A stretch of 63,208 nucleotides of DNA, counting the filler, from Choristocarpus tenellus KU-1152 (lineage: Eukaryota; Protista; Phaeophyceae): NCBI GenBank assembly GCA_964200185.2. It is 10 parts of 10 records of this genome, joined end to end, with 100 filler letters (N's around TTAATTAATTAA, not from the genome) between each part and the next. Parts side by side here need not be neighbours in the genome. Positions count along the whole stretch, not along the records: positions 45,218 to 49,634 come from CAXNAD020014651.1; positions 49,735 to 60,422 come from CAXNAD020002785.1; 8 more parts are not named here. The stretch is one strand, 5' to 3'. Below, piece after piece: positions 45,323-58,276 of this stretch (its first letter is position 1; every line of letters begins with the position of its first letter). Position numbers and translations under genes: made by a program. The notes beneath the pieces were generated by a model. The model was not told where the DNA came from. It worked only from the letters and a program-made list of their open reading frames with translations, and searched no databases.

Positions 45323-45579
45323 GAGTGAAAGTACCTCAGAGGGTAGGAATTTTGCCTTGTTTGTCCATTTGGAGTTTGGCTTCCCTCAGGTTTTTGTTAA
45401 TGACATTATCCTACTCCAAAATATTTCGGAAGTAAAATGTGTACGTTATGAAAAGGTGTGTCCAGAACAAGGATATGGACACTTCCTAACAAACAAAATA
45501 GTCAAAATTACATCAAAATCGCAACATTGGATTTTGGCTCCAAATGGACGCGGCTCTACCCTCTAAGATACCTTGGCTC
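45323..45579 (-). mobile_element. MITE family A copy
   Basis: GAGTGAAAGTACCTCAGAGGGTA ... TACCCTCTAAGATACCTTGGCTC. Confidence 0.85.
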
Positions 45580-47045
45580 ATGAAAGTAATTTGCCGTCCT
45601 CAAGCCTAATCAAAAACCATCACCAGCATCACATCCACCTCTGTAGGTTGGTTGTATAGAACAGTTAGACTTGGCGCAATTGATTAATTCATCGGAGGCC
45701 TCACATGTGACCCAAGAATACACAAGGTCTAACTGGACACATAAACTGTAACATGATACTACAGATCCTACATGGAGTCTGCTCTTCTGACTTATGATAT
45801 GGACACCAGTGGTAAGTGAAGAGTTCTCCTTACACAGTTTTGTATCAACAGACAATTTCTTGAAAGAAGGCACATTAAGCATTACGACTCAAGACGTTTG
45901 CAGGAGATCCAGGAAGCAGAGAGTATCCCAGCCAATATAAGACTCTGTCTCCACAATCTCAATAATGAGAGTGTGGAAAAATGTGGTTCTCTTAAACACA
46001 TTGTTGAACAATATCTTACTGAATCTGTGGGAGGGACCTATTGATTCGATGAAGGAAATTGGAAATATTTGTGGGAAAATTGTCCCAAGTGGCACCCAGG
46101 CAGATGGTGGGGATAGACTGTTCTGATGATCTTGAAATAGCACAAATCTGCAGTATTTGTAGAGAGATTGAGGAGAGTTGATACCGGAAGCTGCAGGTAG
46201 AATTACTATTACTAAAGCTAGGCAGAAGGAGGGAAAAGGAGGGTGGGGCTGCATCTTCCTCTCTATGAACCCTTGAAATGAACGGTGTAAAGGTTTACGA
46301 TTCATGGGAGGTTGCAGAGGAAATAAATCCTATTGGTGAAGATGGACATGTAAACTGTATAGATTACATTCAATTGGTCAACATGATGTGTCTAATATGA
46401 TGCAACTTATCCCTCCAACTGTTGTTTGTTCGAGGACTGACAAGAACAATTTTAGCCTTCGAAATTAAACCAGCAAACCTCCTCTTACCACTTGTTCTTC
46501 TGACAAAGCTAGACGTAACATTCATTCAAAAAACGTTCGTACTAGGATTGGTAAACTAATCCTAATCCAAAGTAGGCTAAAACAATTTTTAAAAACCTCC
46601 TCACATTAAATTTCCTTTTCCTTCCAGTCTATGTTAGGCGTTACCCACAAGATCTGTACGCATGCCTTATCTGAGTAACACCAACATACAAACAACTCTT
46701 CTACAATCAACCAAGAACTGAGTGGCCAATTCAGATGCACAAGGCACAAAAACAAGCACAGCTTTACAACAAACATAAAAAGGCGCCTTCACCAAAAACG
46801 TTCAACCATTCACCCTCACACTCGTAAGCCCAAAGAAATATCACATGAAAACAACACCCAGCACACACTTCCTCTCTTGCACTACATACCAGGGAAAACA
46901 AGCAGAAGCCTCAAATCTCATATCTAAAACAAGCAAAAGATTGGTCAACAAGACCGCCAGGGATTCAAAATACCACAACACCAGGACCAGGTGCTATATA
47001 TACACAGCTCACAATACAGCACTCATTGATACCTCTAAAAAAATG

Positions 47046-49003
47046 TTACAGCCTAGATGAACCCCGTAGGACCTTCAGCAGCTCACATGCATACCCGCTA
47101 CTACCACCGCCTTCCATTCCCCCAGCAGAGGACTTGCATGCCTCGACCAAAACTCGCCTTGAGCTTGCTGATATGTTCACCCTAAAGGTCTTCATCTCTC
47201 CAACTAATCTAGTCGCAACCCCGAGCTCACCCGCCCCTGCTGCTGCAGACAGCATAGCATTGTAACCTGCCCCACGAGGGACCACTCCTCGCTGATTGAC
47301 CGCTATCTCCCACACCCCCAGAGCTCCAGTCCAGTCCCCTGCAGCGTCGTGGGCAGCCACAGCACTCGCAAGGTGCCACGGACGCACGAGCTCAGATTTA
47401 ACTCTTTTTCGAATAGGGAATGTGGTGTCACCACTGTTTACACTATTGGTGGGCCTTCCAAGTTCGTCTTGGTCTGCAACCCAAGTCTGCCCCATGATCT
47501 TGGGGTTTTTTTCACAATTGATAGAGTCAGAGGTGTGGGAGACGCCACTGCTACGAGGATGCTCTTGTTCCCAGTCCAGCATTGTCATGAAGAGGGAGGA
47601 AGCCCTTGCCTTGTCCGCCACACAGACACATGCCTGAGAAGATTTACGAACAGGTTCATTGGGTCAGGCTTCAAAAGAACTTCAGAAAAAGGAGACACCC
47701 TTTTCTACTGTCAATAACCAACACAAACTCTACTCAGACGACTTTTTCAAGTACTGTCAAATGATGTCAAATAAACAGGGTCCATAGCATGAACACTTTC
47801 AACAAATATCAGGCCTCACCACCTATATACTGTGCAGTCCAAATCCATTGCGTGATACCCTAACCCTAACCCTAACACAAATAGTAAATAACTAAGTTGT
47901 CACTTTTAACCTACTGCGACGGACATCCTCATCGACAAAAGCAGCTCAACCCTAACCCTAACCCAAATAGTAAATAACTAAGTTGTCACTTTTAACCTAC
48001 TGCAACGAACATCCTCATTGACAAAAGAGGCTCAACCCTAACCCTAACCAAGACTACCTACGGAGAGCACTCTCTAGACATGGGATCAAGGGGGAAAGAG
48101 AACATTTGTTACCATCTAACACCCTTCAGCACCACTCAAATCCTTCTTAGAAATGGCGTCAAGATTTTCATCTCTTTAAAAAGCAAACAACCATTTGTAA
48201 ACAGTGTATGCCAGGTCTCCCCTCCCCCCTCCACCCCATACCTGCAAAGCAAGGCCATAAGCGTAGCCTGCTTGAAAGCTCACTCTCGCTGACAGCATCT
48301 CATCAAACAGGGAGAGAGTCACCTCTGCAAGCTGTCGGGCCACTTCCTTGCGACCCCCGGGGCACTTGCAGTCTTGGTGTCCTTCCAGGCAAGCCGCCAT
48401 GGCCAGCACGTAGGAGTGGCCACACAGAACGATATCCTTTGCCTGCATCTCCTTCAGAACCTTCCAGATCAAATGATGCATCGACAGCAGGGGATAGGGA
48501 GAGGAAGATGTTCTTACTAAACAATCTAAAATAGAACTACAAGACAAAAAGGTCACAGACCCAACCCAACTCCACATATCAATTTCACACAACATAATAC
48601 ATACTGTTACTCTTGTACTCCTTTCAATAAAACGAAACTGTAGAAATTTTCAACAAAAACATAAGTAGTAGTGCTAATTCAAATCAGCCAATAAGATGGA
48701 GCACAAAACTGCAACACTATTATAAATACATGCTTTCATTCCTGCTCACACTCAATGAACACTAAGCCTCACCAAGATAGCGTGCTCGCCACAATTCAAC
48801 GCCAAACCCACTCCTGAGACTTCAGCCTTTGCCCCTCCAACACAATGGTGATCAGCACCAATATCATCACCATTGTCCTTCTTGGTCCTATCATCCTCCA
48901 ATCTAGCAGTACTGTCAACCAGAGCTTCATCAGTACCAAAGGCATGACTGCATGCCTTGAGCACCATGTGATAGCTGAAACTGTCAGGGACAACCCCCAC
49001 AGC
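47046..49003 (-). CDS. Pentatricopeptide-repeat (PPR) protein, 3' exons
   Basis: Exons 49003-48773, 48460-48242, 47633-47046, all phase 0. PPR-like motifs GVVPDSFSYHMVLKACS, LKEMQAKDIV..HSYVLAMAAC and RGVVPRGAGYNAMLSAAAGAGELGVATRLVGEMK. Confidence 0.82.
47858..48049. repeat. 86-bp tandem duplication bounded by (CCCTAA)2-3 telomere-like motifs
   Basis: Units start at 47862 and 47948, and a third CCCTAA block starts at 48034. Located in a PPR intron. Confidence 0.85.
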
Positions 49004-49553
49004 CTTCATAGACAGAAAAACATTATGTTTTGTTTGGTCATATTTCAGTGAGGTGATTGGGGACAATGAGTGGGGGAAGGGAGGGTTCTTTTCACCACCA
49101 AGTGCGCCTGGTGCTGCACATATGACAGTAGGAGACCTCCTTACCCTACTCAGAAAAAATTATCGACCATATATTAGAAACATGTCTTAACAAATTCTCA
49201 TTCAACACCATCTCAAAGCGACACTTCAAAATGTCTATCTACATGATCCAAAATCAAATATCAACACCTGCTAGACTTTGAACCAGACACAATAGTCTTG
49301 TGACAGGGGAAGGCTCCCTTGCTCCACAAAATAGGTGAAAAGTTGATAGAATCCCTATTTCTCCAACCAACCCAATCCCCCCAAGCAAAATACCCCTCTC
49401 TCCCCAACCCAATACTTTTCCTTTTCACCCCCCCCAACACTTGAACGGAAGCACTAGTTCGCCCATTCACATGAGAAAAACCAACCAATAAGAGAAAGTC
49501 AAATCCCACATCATAATGCTAATAAAAATACACTTCAACAAGGGACAATCTCC

Positions 49554-49600
<47 letters not shown>

Positions 49601-49734
49601 CACCTCACACACTACCACAACACACACCACCACCNNNNNNNNNNNNNNNNNNNNNNNNNNNNNNNNNNNNNNNNNNNNTTAATTAATTAANNNNNNNNNN
49701 NNNNNNNNNNNNNNNNNNNNNNNNNNNNNNNNNN

Positions 49735-50494
49735 GCTGAGGCTGAGTATGTTGCACTGTGTGAGTTGGGGAAAGAGGTTATGTTCCTCAAGCTAGTGCAC
49801 ATGTTCATGCAACCACAATGTAAAGATTACTCGGTATTAGTGTTTGAGGATAATGATTGCGCAATAAAGATTTCACAGAAGGCAGTATCTGGAGGTAGAA
49901 CTAAGCACATAGACATTAGGTATCACTATGCACGACAACTAGAGAGGGAAAGGAAAGTGAAGGTTGGATATGTACCTACGAAATTTCAACATGCTGATCT
50001 TTTTACCAAGGTTTTGTCGTAGGAATTGTTCAATTGGCATGCAGATACCATTATGGGTAATATTGTGGTGTGATATGATGATTGTGTTTTGAGGGGATCT
50101 TTTAAACTTGAAGTTCAAAGCATGGGAGTGTATTAAGAATATGCTTTTTCATTCATGTGTAAAAGATTATTCTGTGGGAGAAACATTTAGTTGTTGAACT
50201 ATTGTTGGATAACGGGATAATTGATAGAATGTCTTTTTCAGGTGACTACGAAAATATTATCTGGGTTACTATAGTACAGCAAGAAGAATCCTAGAAAAGG
50301 ATTGTTGTAGCAAGTAACATAGCAAGTAACACAGATTGAGTGACGAGTTATTAGTGATCAGTAATGAGTGAAAGTTTACCACCTTCTTCAACAATATATT
50401 TCACTCCAACTTTCTACCTCCTACAACATAACTGAGAAGGAATTAATCTACATATTTCAATGTCAAGACTTGGGATTCTACACATTCTTTAACA
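49735..50494 (+). mobile_element. Ty1/Copia retrotransposon 3' end: RNase H, PPT and 3' LTR
   Basis: AEAEYVAL..FEDNDCAI..RTKHIDIRYH..YVPTKFQHADLFTK. Purine tract GGGAGTG at ~50124-50130. LTR 50131-50494 with termini TATTAAGAAT...ATTCTTTAACA. Confidence 0.9.
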
Positions 50495-50594
50495 CTCAGC
50501 AGTAGATGACGTAGGGCTCACTGTACCAACTGCAAAGACGAGATCAAGTGGCACAAAATTGATTTTGAAAAAGTTGTGTACCTCGAAAGATTCT

Positions 50595-52252
50595 CTAGTC
50601 TTGGCAAAGGAGAATCACTCGCTTCCCATCCGGGAAGACCTTCTTGCTGGTTATCCTCAATTTCAGGTGGCCGGGCAGAACATCCATTACTTCCTTCAGA
50701 TCATGCACACATATCCATGCGCAGCCGTCAGGTGCACGGTCCACTTCAGGCACCTCGCTAATACCAATACCCCAACATCTAGCTTCATTTGGCGAAATCA
50801 ATATCCACACATCCATGTAGTCGCGGTAGTTGAAGTACCACGGAAGATAATCCTCCTTTCGATACTGGGGGACGTCATCACAATCATGTCCGTCGAAATA
50901 CAAACCAGATTTTCCTCCATGGTAAGCACACCTAAGCTGTGACAACCAAGTGGTCACTGTTGAGAGACTGATAAAGGGTCGGTAATCCTTCTCTTCGCCC
51001 ACCACGTTGAACCCCATCCCCTTGAAGGGGTCGAACTTGTCTGTCTTCAGCTTCGCCACCTTTGGCATGACTGTGTCGTTGATGTACTGACGAAAATTCT
51101 CTGCGGTCATATTGGGCTCCCCATCCTTTCTTCCTATGTGTTCGCGCACCCACTCTTTGTACAGGTACAGGCACAGGTAGATGTACACAGGTGCATGTAT
51201 ATGTATATGCCACGTACAATGTACATGTTGAAGTACATGTTGACTTCATGCATCCTCAGAAAGGATGTCATTGTGGAGGCCCAAAATGAAACGCCTCTCG
51301 CAGCGCTCTTGCTCCGACACCTTGATATGGCCCTTAGGTAGGAAGTCTCTCTCCCATTTATTAACAGTTTCCGACCTGACCATCACATATCCTGCTGCCA
51401 TCTCGAGCGCGGTCTGACGGTCTTTCCCTTAGTTCACATACAGGTAGAGGATTCAGAGTGTTAGAGCCTTTACCGTCTCACTTCCTCATTGAGCGCTGGA
51501 AATGGATGTCGTCCATGTTTCCTGGGCGGGTGATATTTTATCATAAAGGCGCAAGGATGAGGGAGGACAGGCTTGAGATGAACGAAAATTGCGTTGATTT
51601 CTCGAATGAATGCAGGCTGGGAGAAGGCCTTGATCAACCTTATACGTCCAACCCTAAGTCCAGGAACAAAAGTTGGTGTACAGCATCTTGCAAGAGGTTA
51701 GAGACACCAAACCATCGGTGTGCAAATAGTCTCAATCTCACCTCCTCTTCTTCCCTGGCGCCCATGTTAATGGCTACCTCCACCTGCTTCGAGACCTCTT
51801 CTAAGTAAAGGATTTGGTGGATTCGAAAAGTCTCCATGGCTACCTTTGTTATGATCGCTCTCTCTTCGGCCTTGCGAGCCCTTTCGACCTTCTTTCGGGC
51901 TTCAGAGCCCTTGTAGCCCAACCCTAACACCTTCTTTCTCGTTTCCTTAAGTCACTCCGGGTTGCACAGCTTCCAAACAGCCAGGGTCTGCTGCAACTTG
52001 TCGACTACTAAGATATTCTGCACCCGCGTTTTCGCTTAGGCGTTTCCTGAGCGCAATGGCACTCAGTCGCACTGCTCTCTTCCCGAAACTTCCCTTCGGG
52101 CGGCCACTCTGGTTCTCCCTTCGCCCTCCGCGACCAGGCTTCCCCATAGACTTCATCACTGTACCACCTGGTGATGGACTCGCCACTCTCTTCCTGTTTT
52201 CCTGAGGTGGCAGAGACTGCAGAGCAGTTCTTCGACGTGGTTGAAGACCCAA
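50595..52252 (-). mobile_element. Degenerate IS630-Tc1-mariner-like transposase, 5' half
   Basis: ISLSTVTTWLSQL..Y..GKSGLYFDGHDCDDVPQYR and VILLCQD match the TA..WL..LG..KG.Y.DGHER.DV..YR / HDE pattern of the same family as the 30086 fragment. Upstream frames are broken by stops and include an AT-hook-like GRPKGS. Confidence 0.7.
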
Positions 52253-52276
52253 CGACGTTTGTGTGGTAATGCTTTT

Positions 52277-52957
52277 GGTGAAAGTATCTTAGAGGGTACG
52301 AATTTTTCCCTGTTTGTCCATTAGGGGCTTGGCTTCCCACAGGTTTCTTATGACATTTTATCTACTCTGAAATGTTTCTGAGTAGGTAAAATGTGTTAAA
52401 ACATAGGCTACTCATCTGTTTGTTCGTTGATAGGATACAGTTCCACCAGTCAAGACTATAGATGTAACATAATAAGAGTTAAAACCATCCGCGGAAACCC
52501 TTGCCAGCCAAGGTGACAAGCCTCTCCACAGAGCATGGACCTTTTTCGTTGAGCATCTCAAGAAAGAACACTGAATTCACATCACATCATTCTGGATCTA
52601 GCAACCAAGAATACTGAATTCACATCGCATCATTCTTGACTGAGAGATTAATGACCTTCAGTTACAACAGAAAAAATACATCGGTGCTTTGCAGCACAAT
52701 CACACCTATCCATAACATAGACTACATTGGTGCTTTGCAACACCATGATTCCCCATTGCTTGTAGTCTACGCATTTTGCTTACATGTACGATGCATTCGA
52801 TTCAGGTTTCAACCAAATGTATGTTATTAAAAGGTGTGCTTGGAACAAGAACATAGACACTTCCTAGCAAACACAATACCTAAAATTACATCAAAATCGC
52901 ATCATTGAATTTTGGCCCCCAGAAGGACGTGACTCTACCCTCTAAGATATTTCACTC
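52277..52957 (-). mobile_element. MITE family A copy split by a nested insertion
   Basis: Halves 52277-52393 and 52815-52957 rejoin into a full family A unit. Confidence 0.85.
52394..52814 (+). mobile_element. Solo LTR (421 bp) with 5-bp target-site duplication
   Basis: Termini TGTTAAAAC...GTTTCAACC. AAATG is repeated at 52389-52393 and 52815-52819. Confidence 0.75.
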
Positions 52958-55900
52958 TTTCAATGCATCTTCTCTCAGCGTCAGTGTTGCGACCGCGTGA
53001 TCCATTTCGCGATTTGATCATGCTGCTGCACCACACTCCTCACGCTTTCTCATCACCTAACATCACACTGAGTTTCATGCGGTACTTGTTTTTCCTCTGC
53101 CTCTCGACAGAGAAGTTGCTGAGGGTAGATCCAGGGGGCAGAGTGGCCTCGGCGGCTCTCCTTGTCTCACTGTCGTGGTTCATGTTGATGTGTAAGTCAC
53201 GTGTGTGTGTGTTCACAGAAACTCTGCAAAAGGCGTTAAAAAGATTTCCCGATAAAAAAATGTCCAGATATTTTGAGGTTTTTGTCTGCTTTTTTTTTTG
53301 GTACAGCCCTGCCGGTCAAACTTGGGCAGTGACCTACCTCAGACCGGATTTCTGCAAGGGACTCAGCCAACCACTTCATTTGAACCTGTTTCGAAGTTTT
53401 GACCTTCAAAATTGCGCCGGAGAAATTCCAACGCGTTTTTTTTTATTATTTCATCGGCACATGACCCCCGTTCCCCGAAGCTTGTGTACTCGTGGAAAAA
53501 ACCCTTCAAACGCTCTTGTCATACCCTTTAATTTGATATGTATATTGTTTTATATCAGTTGGGGCTGCACGTGAAAAAAAGCAGAAATGTCACAGAGGGC
53601 GAAGCTACTGGTACCACCTTAATTGTGCAATGCAGCTTTTTCAGCGTTTTGATTGGCTGGGACAAATGTGTATTGGTTGCTTTGATTGGGTAATTCCTCT
53701 GTGAGATCAAAAATCTGTTCTGGTCTAATTCGACCGTTTACCATTTTGTTCCACAAAGGATTACTCGGCGAAATTCCGAGTGGGCGATTTTGACTTCTAC
53801 TTTCTTTGGAAAATAAATATGCCACCCTCTGTACATTGATTTGGTTAGAACGTTAGGAAGGAGAGTTGGGAGAACTCGTTGGTACAAATCAATGAGTTGA
53901 TCTTCACCTATGTATTTCCCCCCCCAAAAGAGCTTCATATATATGAGGCATCCGCAAGTCCACGGTATACGCTCGATCGTGCAAAACTAGGCTATGGTCG
54001 CAGCCTTCCGAGTCACACCTTTCTCCCTCTTTAAAAAAAAAATAACACATGGCAACCTTTACCACGATTTTCGGCTGGCCATCCAAAAAGGGTGCATTCT
54101 CTCACCGAAATATGAAGCCACTCAGTTGCTGCAATGCCGTCTCAAGGGACCAGTAAGAGCTTTCCTGTGATGCCCGGGATGTCGATTGCAGACAAATCGC
54201 CTGAAAGGACCGCTGTGTGTCCTAAGAAAGCCAGACAAGAGTTTTCGAAGAGGTCGATGTGGAAAGGGGTTAAGTTATTGACGTGTGGACGCGATGCATA
54301 AACGTGTTGAGCCGTCACAACTGCTGCAGGAATTCTCGCAAAGTCTGACCCTGGGCTGGAACCTCTCCGAATATATGATTCCCAGCGGAACCTGTGAAGT
54401 AAAATAACAGTGTGACACACGAAAAACAGATCGGGAATGTGAGTGTACAAATGACGGGAAAGAACTACCTGGGCAACGTCTATACCATGGCGATCAAAGA
54501 CCACTCGTTTACGACTTATAGGTGTATGATGTTTCCCTTGGAGCCACAGATGCCATCGTGCTAGGCCCTTCCTCTAAGTTAGGAGGTAGGGCCAACGTTC
54601 CAAGACCACCCATGGAGACGACTAGGCCAAGCAGAAGGAAATCCCTTAGACGACGAAAATGGTCCAGAACCATCCAAGGCGTAAGGAGACTACCAAACCA
54701 AGTATAAAAAAATCCAGGCTATTGCAGGGAGCTACCAAGAATCGAATGTGCTGAGGTGAATACTGAGTATTCTCTCCAGTTTGAAGAGAGCCAGTAGGAC
54801 CTCCATGTTACGACACACTCCAGAACTTGCCTCCGCAGGATGTGTACCTCTAATCCAACGTCCTTTAAACGACGCTACTGAGGTATTTCCAAAGTTGACA
54901 GCCACTTGCGGTGTCAGCCACTCTTGTCTCGATGCTTCACTCAGTGCTCAACTTAGTGCTTTACTTGATGTTTTATTCAAGAAAGAAAGAGTGAAAGAGG
55001 TGCATTGAGTGGCTCTCAAGAGCACTCTTATATTAGCATCATCCACCTGATTTCTATGGACTATAAGTTTAAAGAGATCTGCAAGCTGATGTATACCCAC
55101 TCCAATTACAAATCTGTTCTGCAACTTCTAGGAAATCGGCATTCATGCTGTAAGGTCTCCCTATGTGCTACGAATCTCGTATACTGCTCATGCTTGCTAG
55201 AACACGAGAAGAACTGCCCGCGCTATTCGCCTGTAACATAATCCCTTGTAACCAATATCCACTACTTCGCACTGATCCGGCAGGGTTAAAAATATCTGCT
55301 TCAAGGTTGAAATGAACATCTTGCAGGTCACAATTCAATTGTGAACCAGGATTTATAAAATATGTCTTCAGGGTGTTTTTTGAGTAGGCTATGCATAGAC
55401 CAGGGAAATTTCTTGAGTTCTATAAGTGAGAAAATTGTCAGTGGGTTAAACAGTGTATGATGATATGGTATTTAGGGTTAGAGGCACAAGGAAATTGATA
55501 TATACTTTCACACACTTTCTTTTACGGTCATATCGGGCTCGCACTAAACCCTTACCCTAAGATACTGGAGCACCAACCCCCCCCCAGTCTGACCAAACTG
55601 AGGTCTGGCTTGGCCTCGGGAAGACACGTCTTATCGGTGCCAGCCCATGACCTACGAAGTAAAATCACTGAACGTTTTGATTTGACCTTGTTGAACATAT
55701 CCAGGTCGGTCTGTGGTCTGCCCTTGTTAAAATCCCATGACTTTAGGATCGGTCCTGTTATAAACTATTCTACCTTGCTTGCCCACTGTACAGCCCTGTC
55801 CCAGCTATCTGCTCTGGTGGTGTAAGGCTCTGATTCTGAGCTGCCGCAAAGTCGAAACCAATGCACAACACCAGGTAACACGTCGAAATACTCAAATGCA

Positions 55901-58276
55901 CCTCAAGATTATCCTTCAGATAATGTTTGGCTAAGACGGTCCGGGGAGATACAAGTAGTAAAGAACACTTTAATATCTTCCCCACCTTGCTATTGCAGTA
56001 CGAATGGCATAGGAGTCTCTCCAATATTTCCAATAGAAGCTGACTCCCAAACCCAGCAGCTCCTAGTGGTAGCACAGTGTCAACATCCTACATTTTTGTC
56101 AACTACAGTGAAACAAATCAACTGACAGGTAGGCAGGGTTGCATTTTAATGATCCCGAGAAGGGAAAAGACGCCATTTTATATAAATCCAGAAAGAGCCT
56201 TAGCTTAATCCTGGTGTCACTTTGTGCGAAGAAAGGAGGAATATCAATTTTGCGTACATTGTTGTAGATATAAAGCAAGTAAATAGAGTGTATTGCACAA
56301 GGTAGGAACGTTGGCGTAGAATGCAAAAGAGTCCAAACCTGCTTACCTCTAAATTGATCTGACTCAGTAGTACTCGGTATGCTGCTGGTGGAGTACACCA
56401 TGTCCAAACCATGGAAGAAGTAAACATCAAGTAAGCACGCAGGGTGTAGGAGTGGCGACCAACGAGACATACACAGGCAGTGTGTAAAGGGTACCATGCA
56501 GAGTAGATGGCTGCTGTTGCTTCCAAGCCTTACAATAATACCTTGTAGGTGGACACACTACACAACACCCGTCTTTTGGATGAGTCCCCCTTACGTAGGA
56601 CATACCCCTTTCACTTTTTTCATTATGGTTTCACAACCCTTTCACAATATCGCTCAACATTTTAACATTATTCTTCTACGGTTTTGTCTCCACCCCCACC
56701 AATCCACTGAAGGAAGTGTACCACTATGGTGCCTGTGTGCATCTATCCATCGTCGACAGACACCACCCTCAACCAAGAAAATAAATACCTAGTCATGGGG
56801 GAGGTGATTTCAAGTGCCAGCAAGACAAGGGGCAGATGCAGGGATATATGTTGCTATACCTCCATTGTTGTAGGTGTATACCCTCTCAATTGCAGTCAAC
56901 TTGTAGTTTTTGGCCACCTTTTTGAAGAAAAATAATATACGGAGTATATCTCCAGCATCAGATGTGGATAGCCAGACGCATTTCTTCTGTGTTTTTACTC
57001 TCCACACCTTATATTTATCACGTTATCGGAGTTAATCAAACTGGGAAATTGCACCAACCCAGACTCGCTGTTCAAATTTTGCATACAAGATTGCTGTGGA
57101 CCTGATCACAAGTATGTGAAGTTGTTAACTTCACTTGAGCAATGATGACAAGTGAAGCAAGCAAGTAAGCGCAAACAGAAGTTTCCCGGACTTGAAGGAT
57201 CATAAATGTGATGCATCTCTCCCTGTGAAACCACAAATACACGTTATTCTCGACACTTCCAATTATGATCACTACCTAGCCCAGGGGAAAATATTTCACC
57301 AACACGACCAACACCAAGCAAAACTATGATGGGCTGAACGTTCATGACTCCCTTGTGATTTAGCAACATATCGCTTGTGCACCCACTAAATAGATGATGC
57401 ATGACTTGTTGTGCAAGTACATTGCGCCTACTCGGCCAACAAATCACACCCAAAAGAGGAGAAAAATTGCTTGAGGGAAATGCGAAGGGAAGGTGAACAG
57501 GGTGCTTCAGCGAAGTAACACGAACGGCCTAACCAGAAGTATGTGTATCACAACGATATGCTAAAAAGGTTTGGCTGTGGCAACCATGGAGCCCTAGTAT
57601 GGACGCACATGCATGAGGATTATCCAGGGCATTCACATTATGGTTTGTAGTGTGTCTCTACCTGTTGAGAGTAAGACCACCTGGCTGCAGATTTTACACC
57701 TTGCATCTCGATCACCAGTCTGCATCACCGTGATATGTTTGGTTGGTTGCTTGGTCAACCAACACTCGGTCAAATTTATGATCCAGTCACTTTTTTTCTT
57801 CCGTGGTTTGCCAGATTTTCTTGGCGATAGGACATGACCGACATCATACACATTTACTACTTACAAAGAAATCACATACTCATTACCATTGTCGTCATGT
57901 TGTATCATGTTGCCATAAATAGTTGTTGGCACATCGAAGTAGTTTCTTGATGAGCCCAAAAGGGTGGTAGTAAAATGGTCACAACACAGCCCCCTCTAGT
58001 TCTCATCATTCACGAAAATGAACCCGATTTCGTCACAACACAATTCATTCGTCGTGTATGGTAGACTATGTAGTCCAAGTCTGGGAAAACTAGTAGACTT
58101 TTTTGGTATTTTTGTGTTGATTTTTGTTTTACATTAATGGAGGTAGAGATGGAGTCACTCACTGTTTAAGATCTTGTCATTTGTACCCCTATTCAACTTG
58201 AAGAACTATCATAGACCTCCACATGAGTTAGAGGAACTCAACACCCTCCACTTACATCATTATTATTTCCTGAGTA

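Noticed and set aside
45610-46305. ORFs downstream of the PPR gene
   Set aside because: No recognisable domain in any frame, and many stops on the opposite strand.
49555-49598. Long poly-C run as a G-quadruplex element
   Set aside because: Homopolymer next to a contig end, so its length is unreliable and may be a sequencing artefact.
56000-57850. Possible decayed hAT transposase or tyrosine recombinase (CKIC, FW..FP, AGLD; ~40-nt similarity between ~56319-56358 and ~34558-34598)
   Set aside because: Motifs are fragmentary and lie in different frames. The family cannot be assigned without a profile search.
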